In this document: piece by piece, positions 25,101-40,100 of the stretch
Layout of the letters: every line of letters begins with the position of its first letter
How positions within the stretch are numbered: the stretch's first letter is position 1
Assembly (NCBI RefSeq): GCF_963921235.1
Contig: NC_086109.1
Coordinates: forward strand, 23,064,001-23,128,000
DNA from: Mobula hypostoma
Taxonomy: Eukaryota
Direction: 5' to 3'
Length of the DNA: 64,000 nt
The notes under the pieces: model-generated
Database searches by the model: none
The model's input: the letters and a program-made list of their open reading frames with translations, nothing else
What the model was told of the DNA's origin: nothing
Program-made: the position numbers and the translations under genes

Positions 25101-28100
25101 GCATAAAAATAAAAACTATAAATTAAAATAAGCATATATAAAAACAGAAAATGAAATAAGTCGTACAAAAAGTGAGGGGAAAGAAGATTTAGGTAGTGTT
25201 CATGAGTTCATAGTCCATTCAGAAATCTGACGACCAAGGAGAAGAAGCTGTTCCTGAAATGTTGAGTGTGTCTTCAGGGTCCTGTACCTCCTCCCTGAAG
25301 GTAGCAATGAGAAGAGGGCAGGTCCTGGGTGATGGTATGCCCTTTTTTTGAGGCATCACCCTTTAAAGGTGTCCTGAATGCTGAGGAAGCTGGTGCCCAT
25401 AATGGATCTGGCTGAGTTTACAACTTTCCGCAGCTTTTTCTGATCTGTACAGTGGCCCTTCCGTACCAGAAGATGATGCAACCAGTTTGGTATATCTGTG
25501 GAAATTTGCAAGCGCCTTTGGTGAGCAACTCTGCCTCAGCCAAATGTTAGCAAACACAACCGAACGGTTAGAGTGAAATCGTAGGATCAAGTTATGGTCA
25601 CGGGGACTTAAGGAGATGAAGGAGCCCACTCAGTCCCTAAAGACTGCTTCATCATTTAACTAGGTCATTGTTCATCTGGACCAAACCCTCCACTTAACTT
25701 AGTCCTGTTCCATATCTTTAGAAGCCTTTTATTTTGTCTTGAAAGCTCCAGAAAAAAAAATGCACAGCTTTTTGTTAACATGGGTTGGTGGCTAGGGTAG
25801 CAGTGGTGGTTGGGGAGGGAGCTGTTGGGGAATAGTGTTGGTATTACAATAGGGAAAAAATTACTGGGGAAAGGTTTTTCCAGTTGTTTTAATTTTACTC
25901 TCTTGTGCATTTGGGTTTTAATAGTAAGAAAAATTACATCATTTGAGCTCATGGGTTGGATAATCCCTGGGATATGGTACTGCCTGTCCAGAAAGGCCAT
26001 GGTAATAGCAGGGACCAAACAGTTCCCTGGTCAGCATGTCTAGCGTCCTCTTTGTCTCCTCTTACCCACTCTACATTCTCCAGGCCTCTTCACCCAAATC
26101 CTCAGTTTGCAAACTATCTGTGACAGAGGGTACAATCAGCTTTGGACACTCCCGATAGCTTGAATGAGCTTCTCTTGTGCTATAAATCTCAATGGACCGA
26201 AGAGTTGTATAATTGGACTCGAAGCCATCTCTGGACTGATCAGTAATGGATACTGTTCTGGAAATTTGGTACAGACACATATAGAGATATAAGAGAATCA
26301 TTAACTGTGTTATATATGCAGCCTTGTAAGTAAGCACAGGTTGCGTGTCTAACTCCTCTCTCTGTTGCCAGAAGCGCACTGTTTATTTACATTTATATAT
26401 GGCATGCAGTCTGTTCCTTTCAGCCCACTGAAGCTAGATCTAAGCAGGGGAACAGCGAGTGAGATATTATGGAGCTCTCAAACATTCACACAGCACTGCT
26501 GTTATCCTGTTTACACAGGATGATTTACTCAAGACAGGAACTGAGAATTCTTCTCTGCCAAACCAATGTCTACTTGTGAGGCAAGCCATACTGTGGACAC
26601 AGGTTCCTCATTATAAAATACAGAGATGCAGCAAAAGATAAAGGAGGACCCTGTAATACAGGCAGGACATTTCACAGTGTACTACAGACAATGAAGGGAT
26701 TAAACAGGAGGGAAACATTAGAGTCAGAGAACACTACAGCACAGAAACAGGCCCTTCGGCCCATCTAGTCCATGCCAAACCATAAATTTGCCAAGTTCCA
26801 TTGACCAGCACCTGCACCAAAGCTCTCCACATCCCTTTCATCCACGTACCTATCCAAATTCCTCTTAAATGTTAAAATCCAGCCCGCATCCACCACTTCT
26901 GCTGACGGCAACTTGTTTTGCACTCTCTGAGTGAAGAAGTACCCCTTAAACATTTCACTTTTTCACTCTTAACCCATGACCTCTAGTTCTAGTCTCACCC
27001 AACCTCAGTGGAAAAAGCCTGCTTGCATTTACCTATAATTCAGGTGCTCAAGACCTGGCAACATCCTTGTAAATTTTCCCTGCACGCTTTCAATCTTATT
27101 GACATCTTTCCTGTAGGTAGGTGACCAGCTGCGAACAATACTCCAAATTAGGCCTCACCAACATCTTACACAATCCTATCTACCTCTGATGGCACTTTCA
27201 AAGAATTATGGATCTATCTTCCCAGATCTCTCCAGTACTGATTTTAAGATTTCCTTGGTGATGATTATCAACAGAAGACAGGGAGAGCTGTTCATGGTGT
27301 CATGCACACCTGAATATACTAAGAGGCTGCGTAATCTTGCCTGTGTGATGAATTCTTTCCAGATCTCTGCAATATAGTGATTTGCATAAATCTATTACAA
27401 GGTAGAGTCACTCCCACAGAATCCCAATCCTGCAACTCCCACTGAGATGTAACATGTCTCTCAGCGGAATCCATACAAATTCCTGGACTTCAGAAGACCC
27501 ACTCCCACTTGTTTTACAACATCACATTTACCACATCTTCAACTTACACAGCTTACTCACAGAAACTACTAAAAGTCATCTCACAGCCAAGGACTGGCCT
27601 TAAAGTGCACTTATTTATATGAGTCAGGGTATAGCTGGAAAGTACGTTCCAGGAGAGAGTATCTGGAGAGATGGGTTTAGGAAGGGCATTTCCAAAGGAG
27701 GGAACTGCTAATGATCTCTGTGAAGAAGGGTGAGAAACGTACGAGATCAGCAACAAAATACCTGTCCCTATGATCCCTGAGCCCTGATTCAGATAAGAAC
27801 TGGAACATGGAATATAGAAGAGGCCATTTTTAATCAGTTAAGAGCTTATCAAAAACACCCAAACACTAATCCATCCTACCTACACCATGTCCATATCCCT
27901 CCATTTTCCTTACATCCATGTGCCTATCAAGATGTCTCTTAAAAGCCCCTAATATATTTGCCTCTACCATCATGCCAGGCAGCTCATTCCAGGCACCCAC
28001 AACTCTGAGTGAAAACTTGCCCCTCACATCCCCCTTGAACCTACCCCCTCTTGCCTTCAATGCATGCCCTCTGGTATTAGATATTTCAACCCTTGGAAAC

Positions 28101-31100
28101 AGATCCTCTCTGTCCACTCTGTTGATGCCTCTCATAACCTTGTAAACCTCTATCTGATCTCCTCTCAGTCTCGGGTGCTCCAGAGAAACAACCCAAGTTT
28201 ATCCAGCTTCTCGTGATAGCACATGCCCTCTAAACCAGGTAGCATCCTGGTAAACCTCTTTTGCACCTTCTCCAATGCCTCAACATCCTTCCTACGGTGG
28301 GGCAACCAGAATGGAATGCAATACTCCAGGATGAGGCCTAACCAGAGTTTTATAGAATTGCAACATAACCGGTTGACTTTTGAACTACTAAAAGCAAGCA
28401 TTCCATAAACCTTCTTAACCACCTCATCGACCTGCGTAGCCACTTTCAAGGAGTTATGTACTTGGAGGTACAATACTGACAATGATTATTAAAGTTCTGT
28501 GATGCAAACATCCTTCCTCAGACATAATCTTCATGCCTACATTTCTGTTTATGCAATGATCCCAGAACAAATTAAATAACTGTGACTATGACACGTTTTC
28601 CATTTCTGCCATATTATTGATACATTCACTTTCATGGATGTTACACAGACAGGGCATTTATTGCTTCCTCCTGCAAGATGGTGGTGTCTGTCATCTCTAA
28701 TTGTAATGATCTATGGTGTCTGTCCTTGAAACAGGTAGCGTAGTGGTTAGCACAACGCTTTACAGTGTAGGCAATACGGGTTCAATTCCTGTCGCTGCCT
28801 GTAAGGAGTTTGTATGTTCTCCCTGTGACTGCCAGGTGCTCTGGGTTCTTCCCACATTCCAAAGACATACTGGTTGGTAGGTTAATTGGTCATTGTAAAT
28901 TGTGCCGTGATTATGATAGGATTAAATAGGGGGATTGTTGGTTGGCACAGCCCAAAGGAGGTATTCCACGTTGCATCTCTAAATTAATAAACAGAAGATT
29001 CCAGGTACAAATCCGCATCTGGCTAAAGTAGTGCAGATGACTTTACTGGATGAGAATAAATGGACTCTATCTACGTTTGATATACAGAGATGTGAAATAT
29101 ATTTTGAAGTGCATTTCTTGTGTAACAACATGTCTCTCCTGCATTCCTCAACATTCTCTTCCTTTCATTGTGAATCCACGAATAAAGGGAAAAGACAACA
29201 ACATACCATCTTCACTGGTGTGTGCTTCTGTACCAGCATCCTGCACAACATCTTCAGCAGAGGCAGGGTCCCCGTGAGGACTCTCACTAAAAAATAAAAG
29301 ACACCTTGTAAAGAAGGAGAAATGTGTTCATGTTTGTGTCAAACTTAATGGGCGGATGGTGGAGACACAGATACTCAGGCCTTGCCGATTTTAAATAATC
29401 CTTCGTCGACTCTTTCCCAACATCAGGTTAATCTGTCTGCCCGGCCAGCGGAACGGGAGCAGAAATTTAACGGCAAGTGGAGGTGGCTGGGGACCTGTGA
29501 GGACTGCTCTGGGTAGTCAGTGCACAAAGGAATGCTTGGCAGGAATCAGGGTGCTCACAAGATCTGACTGGTTGGATTGAAGGCCAAAGAAAATCAATCA
29601 GTAGTAGAGGTGTTGTTTCTGACTCTTTTAGCACACTAATTGTCCTAAGAGAAGCATTTATCATTGACAGGATGTGGGTGTTGCCAGCTAGGCCTGCATT
29701 TACTGCCCTTGAGAAGGTGGTGATGAGTTGCCTTCTTGAACCATGCAGTCCCTGATGTGTAGGTACATCCACAGTTCTGCTAGGGAGGGAATTCCATGAT
29801 TTTGACCCAGTGACAATGAAGGAACAGTGATATGTTTCCAATTCATGATGGTGAGTGACTTGGAGGGGGATTTCCAAGTGGTGGTATTCCCAGGTATCTG
29901 CTGTTCTTGTGGTAATGGTTGTGGGTCTGGAAGGTGCTATCTTAGGAACTTTGGTGTGTCGTTGCAGTGCGTCTTGTAGACAGCACACACTGCTGTGACT
30001 GTTCGTCGATGGTGGAGGGATTGGATGCTTGTGAAAGGGGTACCAATCAAGTGGGCTGCCTTGTACTGGATGGTGTCGAGCTTCTTGAGTGTTGATGGAG
30101 CTGCTCTCATCCAGGTGAGTGACGAGTATTCCATTACACTGCTGATCTGAGCTTTGTAGACAGCGGGCAGGCTTTGGGGAGTCAGGAGGTGAGTTACACG
30201 CCGCAGGATTCCTAGCCTTTAACCTGCTCTGGCAGCCACTGTGTTTACATGGCTAGACCAGTTAATATCTTTAATAGCTTTCTTGGCTGAATATCACCTC
30301 CTTCTGTGGATACTTTGCTGGATAGCATAGTTTTCCCCTATTACCTGGTTAAATCTGCCTTGTGGTGACAATAGTTTTACAAATTCTGAATGTTTATCTG
30401 AGCCATTGCTTTGCAATTGAGGTATCCTTGTTGATGGCCTAGCAGTAAATTAAGAGGAAGACATACTGAAGTCCTGAGATTAGTTTTAAATGTGAAACAC
30501 TCCTGGCAACGTGGTTGTCGGGCTCAGGCCTCAAACGTTGTCAGTCATTGAAAGGGCATAGGGAAACTTGGAAATCCCACACAAGTGAGCTTAGTTGTGC
30601 TCTCAGGTTTTAGTTTCACACCAGCCGAGGAAACCAAACGAGGGGATTTTCCAAACCTTTTAGGTCACAAATAGGTAGTGTTAGGCAAAGACTCACCAGT
30701 AATCCTCTCCTGTCAGCCCCTTGTCATACACAGGCCCTTCCAGCTCCTTTTGTCCTGGGAGAATGGTGTCATGGTGTAGAATGATGGACTTTATCAGTTC
30801 ATTGATATGAGATTGGCAGGATACTTGATCATGGCCCTCAGGCACGGACATGAGGGTGGGCCCAAAGCAGATAGCCAGGTTGTACGGATCCATCATGTTT
30901 TCCTCACTGAACTGCGATAAGCTTCACAAAAAAAAATATAAAACATTTGATCTTTTAAATTTTAATGACTCAATCAATTAATTAATACTGAACATGAACG
31001 AAAATGTCAAACTGCATTGGTATTAATGTTGAGATGTACTTTCAAATTCAACTTTTACTCTGCAAGAAGTGAGCAGCCAATAAGAAGCTAATATACTGAA

Positions 31101-34100
31101 CTGATAAGCGAGGCTTTGGGCCTGCTCCAGGATTCCGACCTCAGGACTCAATTTTGGTTCGGAATGCTGTTGTTTGCATGATTTGTGTTTTTTTTCCCTT
31201 TCTCTTGCGCATCGAGTGTTAGTCTTTTATTTTTATTCTTTTCTCTAATTAGATTCTTTCTGGTTTCTTGCTTTGTGGCTCCCTGTGAGCAAGCAAATCT
31301 CATGGTTGTATAATTTATACATACTTCGATAACAAATGTACTTGAAATTGAAATTTTGTATTTCTATAGCATCTTTCACATATTGAGAAGCGATCCAACC
31401 CTAATCTTCACTGGTAACGACTGCCATATGCACAGAAACGCACATGAACATATGCTGACTCTGAACTGTGACTATTAAATCCATCCAGCTGCTTCTGATT
31501 CTGGTTAGCCAATGAAGCAATGTTGCATGCGTACAATACATCTGGCTTCACTATGAGTGGCTAGTGTGCAGAAACATATGGTACCAATTTAATCCATTTT
31601 TAAAAGGATTTTTCTTTGTGTGAGTAGCTTGCAACGGAATGGAAAATGCTCTCATTCTAGACAATGGCAGGACGGATACAGAAATGTTAACAAACAGAAT
31701 AGATCTTTATACTCCCCCATAAAATACTCAAACTGAAAGGGCAGGTTAAACTAACGATTAATTGCTTTATTTCTGGAGGTGTTTGAAGAAGGAAAATGTT
31801 GGCCTGGACACAGCAGGATTACTTGATGCATGAATATCATGACCAAAAGAGGTAAGAGACCACACATACTACAATGAATGCATTATCTGCTGACTGTCCA
31901 AAAACTTCTCAACATTTACAAAGCACATATCTGGACTGTGATAGAACATTCCCAACTTGAACTGAGAGCTGTTCCAACAACACCAATGGAATTTGACCAT
32001 CCAATTGACTGCAACCTAAAAGCCCACTCCTATGACCAGTGCACAGTGTATCAGATACAAAACAGAGTGCAGGGACATACCAAAGCGTATGTACATGATA
32101 ATATACATATAAGTGGAAATAATTTGGAAGATAGTAGCATGGGTGGTTGATGATTGGGTTGAGTTATTCTCCGAACTTGGCAATTTACTTCCAAACGTTT
32201 CATTACCATAACGAGGAGACATCGTCAGTGGGCTGTTAACGCAAACACGTGGCATGCAAGAGAATTCCTAGAAGTGTGGTTTTCAGCGAACAATTCTATA
32301 AACAAACACGTAGACCTCAATCCGACTTATGAGCCGATGCGGGCAAAATTCCGGACCGCAATGCACGAAGTTCGCCACACAACCAATCAGCGGCGAGATT
32401 TCCTCCCCACATCAAACTGAGTTTCCAAAATGACGACCAGTCAGCTGACTGATAAGTCTATGAATGCCCAGCATTCGGAGGGCACACCACAATAAACAAT
32501 CCACTGATGATCTCTCTTCATACGGTGAGGAAACGCTTGCAAGCAAATTGCCAAAATTAGACAAATACTCAATCCAATCATACATAAGTACTTTGATAAT
32601 AAATTTTCTTTGAACTTTGAAGCATTTCAACAGCACCTCTTTTTAAAAAGTACCATCTATCACTTAAAAGCTCAAGTGCAACATGTGTTAGCAGAACACA
32701 ACTGAACAGTCCTTTTGAAGTTACATATTGCAAAGCAGTGCAGAAGACGCTTGCTACCACACACCTCCAAGATCCCAAACTAGTGAGAGAAAAGAATCTG
32801 CAGAGTACTCCAAGGAATCAACAAACTTGGGTCAAGAATTTCAAGCACTGAGGGAGGAACTAACAGCTGAACTAGAAATGTTCTAGTTCTGCCTTTTACG
32901 CAGATAAGGAGGAATTTCTTTAGCCAGAGAGTGGCGAATTTGTGGAATTCGTTGTCACAGGTGCCTCTGGAGGCCAAGTTATTGGGTGTATTTACGGCAG
33001 AGGTTAGTAGATTCTTGACTTGTTAAGGCATGAAGGGATATGGGGAGAAGGCAGGAGATTGGGGCTGAGAGGGAAATGGATCTGCCATGATGAAATGTTG
33101 GAGCAGACTCGATGTTCCTCTATCTTATGGTCTTAAACATACCCACGTGACAGACACATTGATACTTACTGACTGAGGAAACCAAAGAGATAGCGCATAA
33201 TGATGATGGTGGGTTTTGGTAAAGTCAGAAGGACTTTGCGGATTTGAAGAGCTCTCTCTTCAAGGTTTTCGATAGCTGTAAAGAGCAGGAACAAAATGCG
33301 TTAATGCAAATGAAGGTTGGACACTGCTCATTCGCATACGTTCTATGTTCTCCTCCATCTATTGAAGGGCATTGTATGATATTCTATCATAACAGAGAGA
33401 GCAACTGATAATAGGCTAAACATACATAGAGCAGGAGCCAAAACAATCACTTACATATGCGCGCTGCTGTACAAGTTTGATTGACATAAGGAACCCTAGA
33501 TCAGACATAAGGAATCCTAGTTTCTGTCTTTTCTTTCACTACTATCTACTACAAAGGAGCAGCTAAGAAAGAAGATTCGAACTTGCAGTCAAGACACAAT
33601 ATGACCCCTAGACTCAGTCCAAAAGTGGATGATTGCAAATAATCAAAAATACAGGAATCAACTCTGACCCAGACAGTTGTCAGACTATGTTTAAGTAATT
33701 AGAAGAGGTAAACATTTCAGGATGACACAATTCTTTTAGCTTTCTTCTTAATCTCTGATGAAGATTAAAAAAAACACCCAGATCTCAATCTAATGAACGC
33801 TTTTAACTCAACATTTAAAATCCACAACAACATCTGCAGCAACCCAAACCTACTCTACAAGTAGGTTCAACTACTTAGTAAATCACTTCTTTGGGTAACG
33901 CATACGTCTGGGTGTAGCTCTTCAGTCCCAAAGTGTATGACTGAAAAAGGACAAGAGCAAACTGGAAAGGTTCAAATCTTTGATGGTCTCTCAGTAAAGT
34001 AGCTCTCTCCCTCCTTTCCCTCTCTCTCACTCACCCGTCAATCCACCCCCGTCTCCCCTTCCATACCTAGTGCAAGTTACCTGTCATCTCACACCCCCCC

Positions 34101-37100
34101 AGAGTTCACCAAGCACCCTGGAGTCCTTTCTCCTCTTTATAATTGGCATCTCACCTTTCCACTCTCAGTCCTGTGCAGGATCTTGACCCCAGACGTTGAC
34201 AATTCCTTTCCTCACACAACTGCTACTTGAGGCACAGAGGCTCTTTGGCAGACTGTTTGTTACTACATCATAATTCCCTCTGCTTGAAATCACAGTGATG
34301 CCAGGAACAACTTCTGCTTTCTCTGTGCTTATTACAAAGCATAAACAAGCTCCAGAACTAGCAATTCTCAACAACCACAAATTGATTTATCGGTTCTGCT
34401 CTCTCCTCTTGCAACAGTTCAACTCAATACATTCCTTAAAGGGACTATTAGATCAGCACTTTACTGGCATCAACAATTTAAAACTTTCCAGTTAGCTATG
34501 CTCCTTCTTCATTCACATACTCTAACTACATCTAGACCTACTACTTCTCGAAGGACGAAGCTTAGAAAAGGAATTATTTTTCCAATTTTAATCACCGTCT
34601 CTGTGCTTCCTCTTGCTCTTTCTCCATTTTGTTAACGACTTACATCAACCTATCTCAAACTACTTTGATTTTTATGAATGTTACTACCTCATGTCCTCCT
34701 TTGAGCTTCACGTGCTTGAGGCACAATCCAGGACATGAGCCCTTGAACATCGGTATTGATGTATTAATGTGCCCAGCACACAACAACTATATAGAAGAAT
34801 GACCCACTAGGAGATGATGCAGTATTGTTGCATAAGACAGTGTATTGCCTCATCTGTCTCACGGCACCCACTTTGGATTTAACAGACCGAGCACCTTGCT
34901 TTCATGGACAATCCTTACAGGTGACAATAGTAGTAGTTGTGAGAAGGTTGGTCTAATTTGGAGATATTGTGGTCCAGCCTCCATCCTATCTACAAGGACA
35001 CAATATCATTTCAGTGACTTGCCCCTCTCCATCTCTAATTTTTTCTAGTCCTACAATCTCTTTCACATCCCCAGTTTTTATCATGCCACCATTAAAAATA
35101 GGACTGCTCATTTGGGACTCTGGTTGCTGTTGTGACTTTCTGATTGGAGGGTTGGTAGTTTGGGGTCCAGGTGGGCGATATGTCAGTTTTTGAGCAAGGG
35201 AGGGGTTTAAGTATTTGGTGTCTGATGTTTTTGTCACCGTTTTTCTATGTAGGCCATCTGTTAGTTTTTTGTGTGTGTGAGACGGGGTTGGGGTTTGAAG
35301 CTATTGTTGATATTTTTTTGGGGGGGGTTGGAAATTTGGGGTTTTTGACATTCTAGCTGCCATTTTCCATGTGGATAACCTGTTAGCATTTTGTGTGAGG
35401 TAGGGGTTTGGGGTTAGCGAGTTTTTGTTTCTTTTTCTTTTGTGTGTGTGTGGTGGTGGGGGGGGGCTGGTGTCTTTTCTTTCAATGACTTCCATGGTTT
35501 TTCCTGTATTTCATGGCTATCTGGAGAAGATGAATATCAGAGTTGTATTGTATTCTACATGCACACTCTGACAATGAAATGAACCTCTGATCCAAACAGC
35601 TGCTTACATGTGGATCAAGGAGGTGACCAGAAATCTGGCTACATATATTTATGTGCGTTAGCAGTAGGTGAGAAGGGCTCACTATCTGGGAAAGATGACG
35701 CTACTTTGGATGAGATGTTGAAATTTTATGTTGACTATGTACAATCATACAAGATACCCTTTGGAATTGCCAGAGAGTAGCTTTCCTCTGGAGAAGAGGC
35801 AAAGTAAATTCACAGCAGCTGCAGATTTTATGCTGCTGCTCTCAACTGCCTGCCCCATCAGATTGTCATTTCGGATTAGTACGGTGGTCCAATAGCATCG
35901 ACAGTGGATGTGGGGGTTGGCCTGGGCTGCGTGACAAACTCAAACTCATTGTGAACAGCCTCTGACCCTGCTGCTACTTCAAAAACTCTTTGATAGCTAT
36001 CAAAATGCCTGAAGAATGTAATCAGTGTCTTGGAGTGGGAATAAAACCCACACAGTATCAAACAGGACTCGTTTCATTTAACTGAATCTTAAAGAAAAAT
36101 CAATTGTTAGTCAGTGGTCTGGAGGGCGGAATGATCAAAACCAGAAAACTGAACTGTACCACTTAATTTTCACACACACTGCCTGCCCCCCCCCCACACA
36201 CACACACTCTGTCTCATTATTTGCCCTTATTTGTTTTAAATTCATTCTTTTCCTGAGTTTCCAATACACTCAACTGCTCTCTTACCCTGGTACCTCAGTC
36301 TAATTCTGCCTCAAACATTCTCCCAGCTGCACCCAAAAATTTCTCTCTCTCTCTCTCTCCCCCCTTATCTTCACACACTGCCTGCCCAATTCCATCTTAT
36401 TTTTACTTATTTACTTTCAGTTCTTTCTACCCTGAGCTTCCAATTAGTTGGAGATTGCGTGAGAGTGAGAGAGTGAATGAGAGAGAAGAAGAGAGAAAGC
36501 GCGAGAGAGAGAGAGGGCAAGAGAGCGAGCGAGACAGTGAGAGAGTGAAAGACTGACAGTGAGGAAGTGAGTGAGTGTGAGAGAGTGAGAGATAGTGAGA
36601 GAGTGTGAGAGAGACTGAGAGAGTGAGAGAGACAGAGTGAAAGAGACAAAGTGAGAGAGACAGAGTGGGAGAGACAGAGTGTGTGACAGTGTGAGAGAGA
36701 GCGTGAGAGAGAGTGTGAGAGAGTGAGAGAGAGTGAGTATGAGAGTGTGTGAGAGAGTGAGAGAGAGAGAGACAGCAAAAGTGAGAGCCAGAGAGAGAGA
36801 GCATGAGAGTGTAAGAGAGCATGTGGGAGTGCAAGAGTGTGGGAGTCTGAGAGAGTGAGGAAGTGTGAAAGAAAGTGTGTGAGGGTGAGTGAGTGAGAGC
36901 GAGAGAGTGAGTCAGAAAGTGTGACAGAGAGTTACAGTGAGAGAGAGTGGTTGTGAGGGAGCGAGTGTGAGAGAGTATGGGAGAGTGTGGGAGTCTGAGA
37001 GAGTGAGGAAGTGTGAAAGAATGTGAGAGTGTGTGAGAGGGTGAGTGAGTGAGAGTGAGTCAGAAAGTGTGACAGAGAGTTGCCGTGAGAGCGGTTGTGA

Positions 37101-40100
37101 GAGAATGTGAGAGGGAGCGTGAGTGAGAGTGAGAAAGGGAGTGAGTGGATGCGCTTGAAAATAAAATGTCATATAACATGAAGTGTGGACAAAGGAGAGA
37201 AAGGGGGAAAAGAGAGGTGCAAAGAAAAAACATCAAACAATTTTTATTCATGTTTTTAATCTCACAAATATCTCACTGTTACTGAAGAAGATTTCTGAAA
37301 GGACGAACAAAAATGATGTCTTTTAAGGAACATTTACAAGAAAGCAAGAATAGTAGAGAGGATTCATAAGTAATTTCCAGAGCTTCAGCCTTGGCTGACA
37401 TCCCAAAGGCTTGTTCAGCTGAAAGTTGTGGGGAGATAGAGAAAGAGAAAATGAAGGAGTGAAGCAAGAGGAAATTAGGAGAGCAAATAACATAGAAGGG
37501 ACAAGGCAGGGAAAGAAGCAGAGGCAGGGGAAACCGGACAATAAAAGGAATTAAACAAAAACTGACAAAAATATGCACATATCTCTTCAGAATTTATGAG
37601 GGATTGAAGGATTGAAAGAGACCTTTGCCTTCCTTAAAGTCTCAAAAGTCACTGAAAGAAATTCCTGAGCGTAACAGCAGACCGAGCTGCCTGTGGTATT
37701 CATATATGGGTCAATTACACACCTAACCCTGGGATTACTAGGACAATGGACCACACTGTACAGAGTTCCCATTTAAGGGAATTATCAACCATCCCAGCAA
37801 ACGGGGTCGGTGCCCTAAGCCTCTGTCACAATCACACCCTCAGTTCCCAGATGCTTCTATATCTCAATCAGCGATTGACTCCTGCCACTGGGAGTTCCTG
37901 TACTGACTTGGGAGGTGGAACTGGGCTTCCAGCTGCTAAGTTCATGCTTTTTAATCTTCAATAACACACAGAAAAATCTTACGCTTAACATAGGCCTCAC
38001 AGGATGGCTTTGGGCAAGGAGTCCAGCTGCTAACTCAGTCTCACCTTTCCTGATTCCCAACCATATCCTTTGTCTTTTTTCGAAATGTCCTTTGGAGCAA
38101 GCAGGTGAGGCTGTGGTTAGACACCAGATGAAGCGGGAACACTAGATTCCAAGCAATATCATGGGATCTTAGAGAAGCAGGCCCTTTCATTCCACGGGCC
38201 AATGCTAGCTCTTTGAAAAGCCACTGAAAGAAATCCATTAACCCGTTTAGCTCCTTTCAAGTTCCCAATTTACTTTTGAAAGTTTCTGTTAGTTCTGCGT
38301 CCACCCATCTTCTGAAGACGGCCGTGCAGTTTAAAGACAATTGTCAATTTTCCTCAGCTTCTTCACCAGTTACCTTGAGCCTGCAATCTCTGATTACTGG
38401 ACCCTTTGCCAGTGGGGCTGATTACTCCATACTTTCCAGTAATTTACCGCTGTATGTTTCCAAGGAATGGACTTAGATCTCAATGACTACTGCCCCAGTA
38501 ATTCTTTCCCCATTTTTTAATTGCAGCAATGTCAAGGCCTAAAAGAGGCAAACAGTCCTGAGTGACAGCACACTCAGATCAATAGGTGACCTTTTATCCA
38601 GCTCCAACTGTGAGGCAGTTCCATTGTCTGTCAATCCTTGTTTTTTATCCTCCCGAGAGCTTGATCACCAACACTGCTCTTCTCTTTAATAGTCCAGAAG
38701 AGTCTGGTAATTGGCAAGTAAGGCCTGTACTAAATCATCAACTATAAAAGTTCTATGCCAAAGATACACAAGGTGGCACCAATACAAAGTGACGAAGCGG
38801 TTAATTCTCCTACAGAAAGTCACACCATGCAGTGTCCCACTATGCCTGTTCTGGCAATCTCTTCTCTGATACAGTTCAAAGTCCTTTCAACTGGCTTCTA
38901 TTCACTTTTTAATCCTTCCTGTCTGATTATTATCCAATTCCTAAGACTACAGAGATTGTAACCAATCGACAAATCCGACGCATCCTGGAGTGGGAGGAAA
39001 AAAAAACATCAAAACCCACGGCCAGCATAATTCAACTTACTGACACAGGACATCAGGTCATGGAAAATTTCTTTGGGGAAGAGTGGGCTGTCCAGGCCTC
39101 TAAAATATAGTTTTAGCACTCCTGCTATCGAGTCCATGTCATGGTCATTCTGATCTCCTGCCAAGGGGTCCTCACCTTTATACAAAAGAACAACAAAAGA
39201 TTAAAATCTGAAAAGCTGTTTGTTCCTTCCATGACTTTAAAATCAGATCTGTGTGAGGCATGTAGCAGTTAAAATTGTTAAGGGTACTATTATACATGAC
39301 TGGGAGACAGATTTTGGTACATTTCCTATCTATTGATATTTGTGACTAACTAAATTCCACAAACATCCTGCTATCTGTATGAGATGGGCCATCACAATTC
39401 CAAAATTAAGGGCGAGAGTGGAAGGGTTTGACTGGGAAAGCCAACCATCCTTAAAATTCCACTGTACACTGATGACCACTGGTCCCCACCGAAAGCTGAC
39501 ACCTACCCAACCCGTCTACGCTGGTAATGGCATCAGTTTTCACAGACTCCTGGCCAAGAATTGTGCAAGGACACCTCGGGTTCTTTGCATGCAGTGTGGT
39601 AGCAAGGAGGAGATGCAAGGATGACTTGCAGAGTTTCAATTCTAATATATCCTCGGTGCATACACAAGGGAAAGACAAATCTAAGAATAGAACAAAAAAG
39701 GCTTTCTCGTCAAATTTCATCGTCATAGTGCAACAGTTTACATCGATCATCAGACAATTCTTAATTTCCCACAGAAGCAGTTGTTCCGGAGAGCAGAAGG
39801 ACCCCGATTTTGATCTTTAGCAGATTGTTAAGGAAAGACAACTGTGTAGGGTGTGAAGAAAGAAGTTATTCTGGTACTAACCTCTTTCAAAAGCATTTTT
39901 GATATCGTTAACTTCAATTTGTGATCCGGATACACGGAAAATTCCCTCATGCTGCAGTCCTTTGGGAAAAAATGAACAATTATTGTACCTAGTATCTGGC
40001 AGCCAGCAAGAAACTCGCCTCCTCACTCTTAACTAGCGCTTGAAGGCATTTCGTGCAAGTTACTTACTGTACTTCACTTTCAGAGTTTTGCTGAGATTGA

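Noticed and set aside
20802-29875. Isolated kB consensus sites (20802-20811; 29866-29875)
   Set aside because: A few are expected by chance in 64 kb, and the second lies inside a LINE
33483-33520. Short direct repeat gacataaggaa(c/t)cctag, two copies
   Set aside because: Simple local duplication; not a CRISPR or functional array
36407-37172. Ser/Leu/His-rich ORFs
   Set aside because: Microsatellite translation
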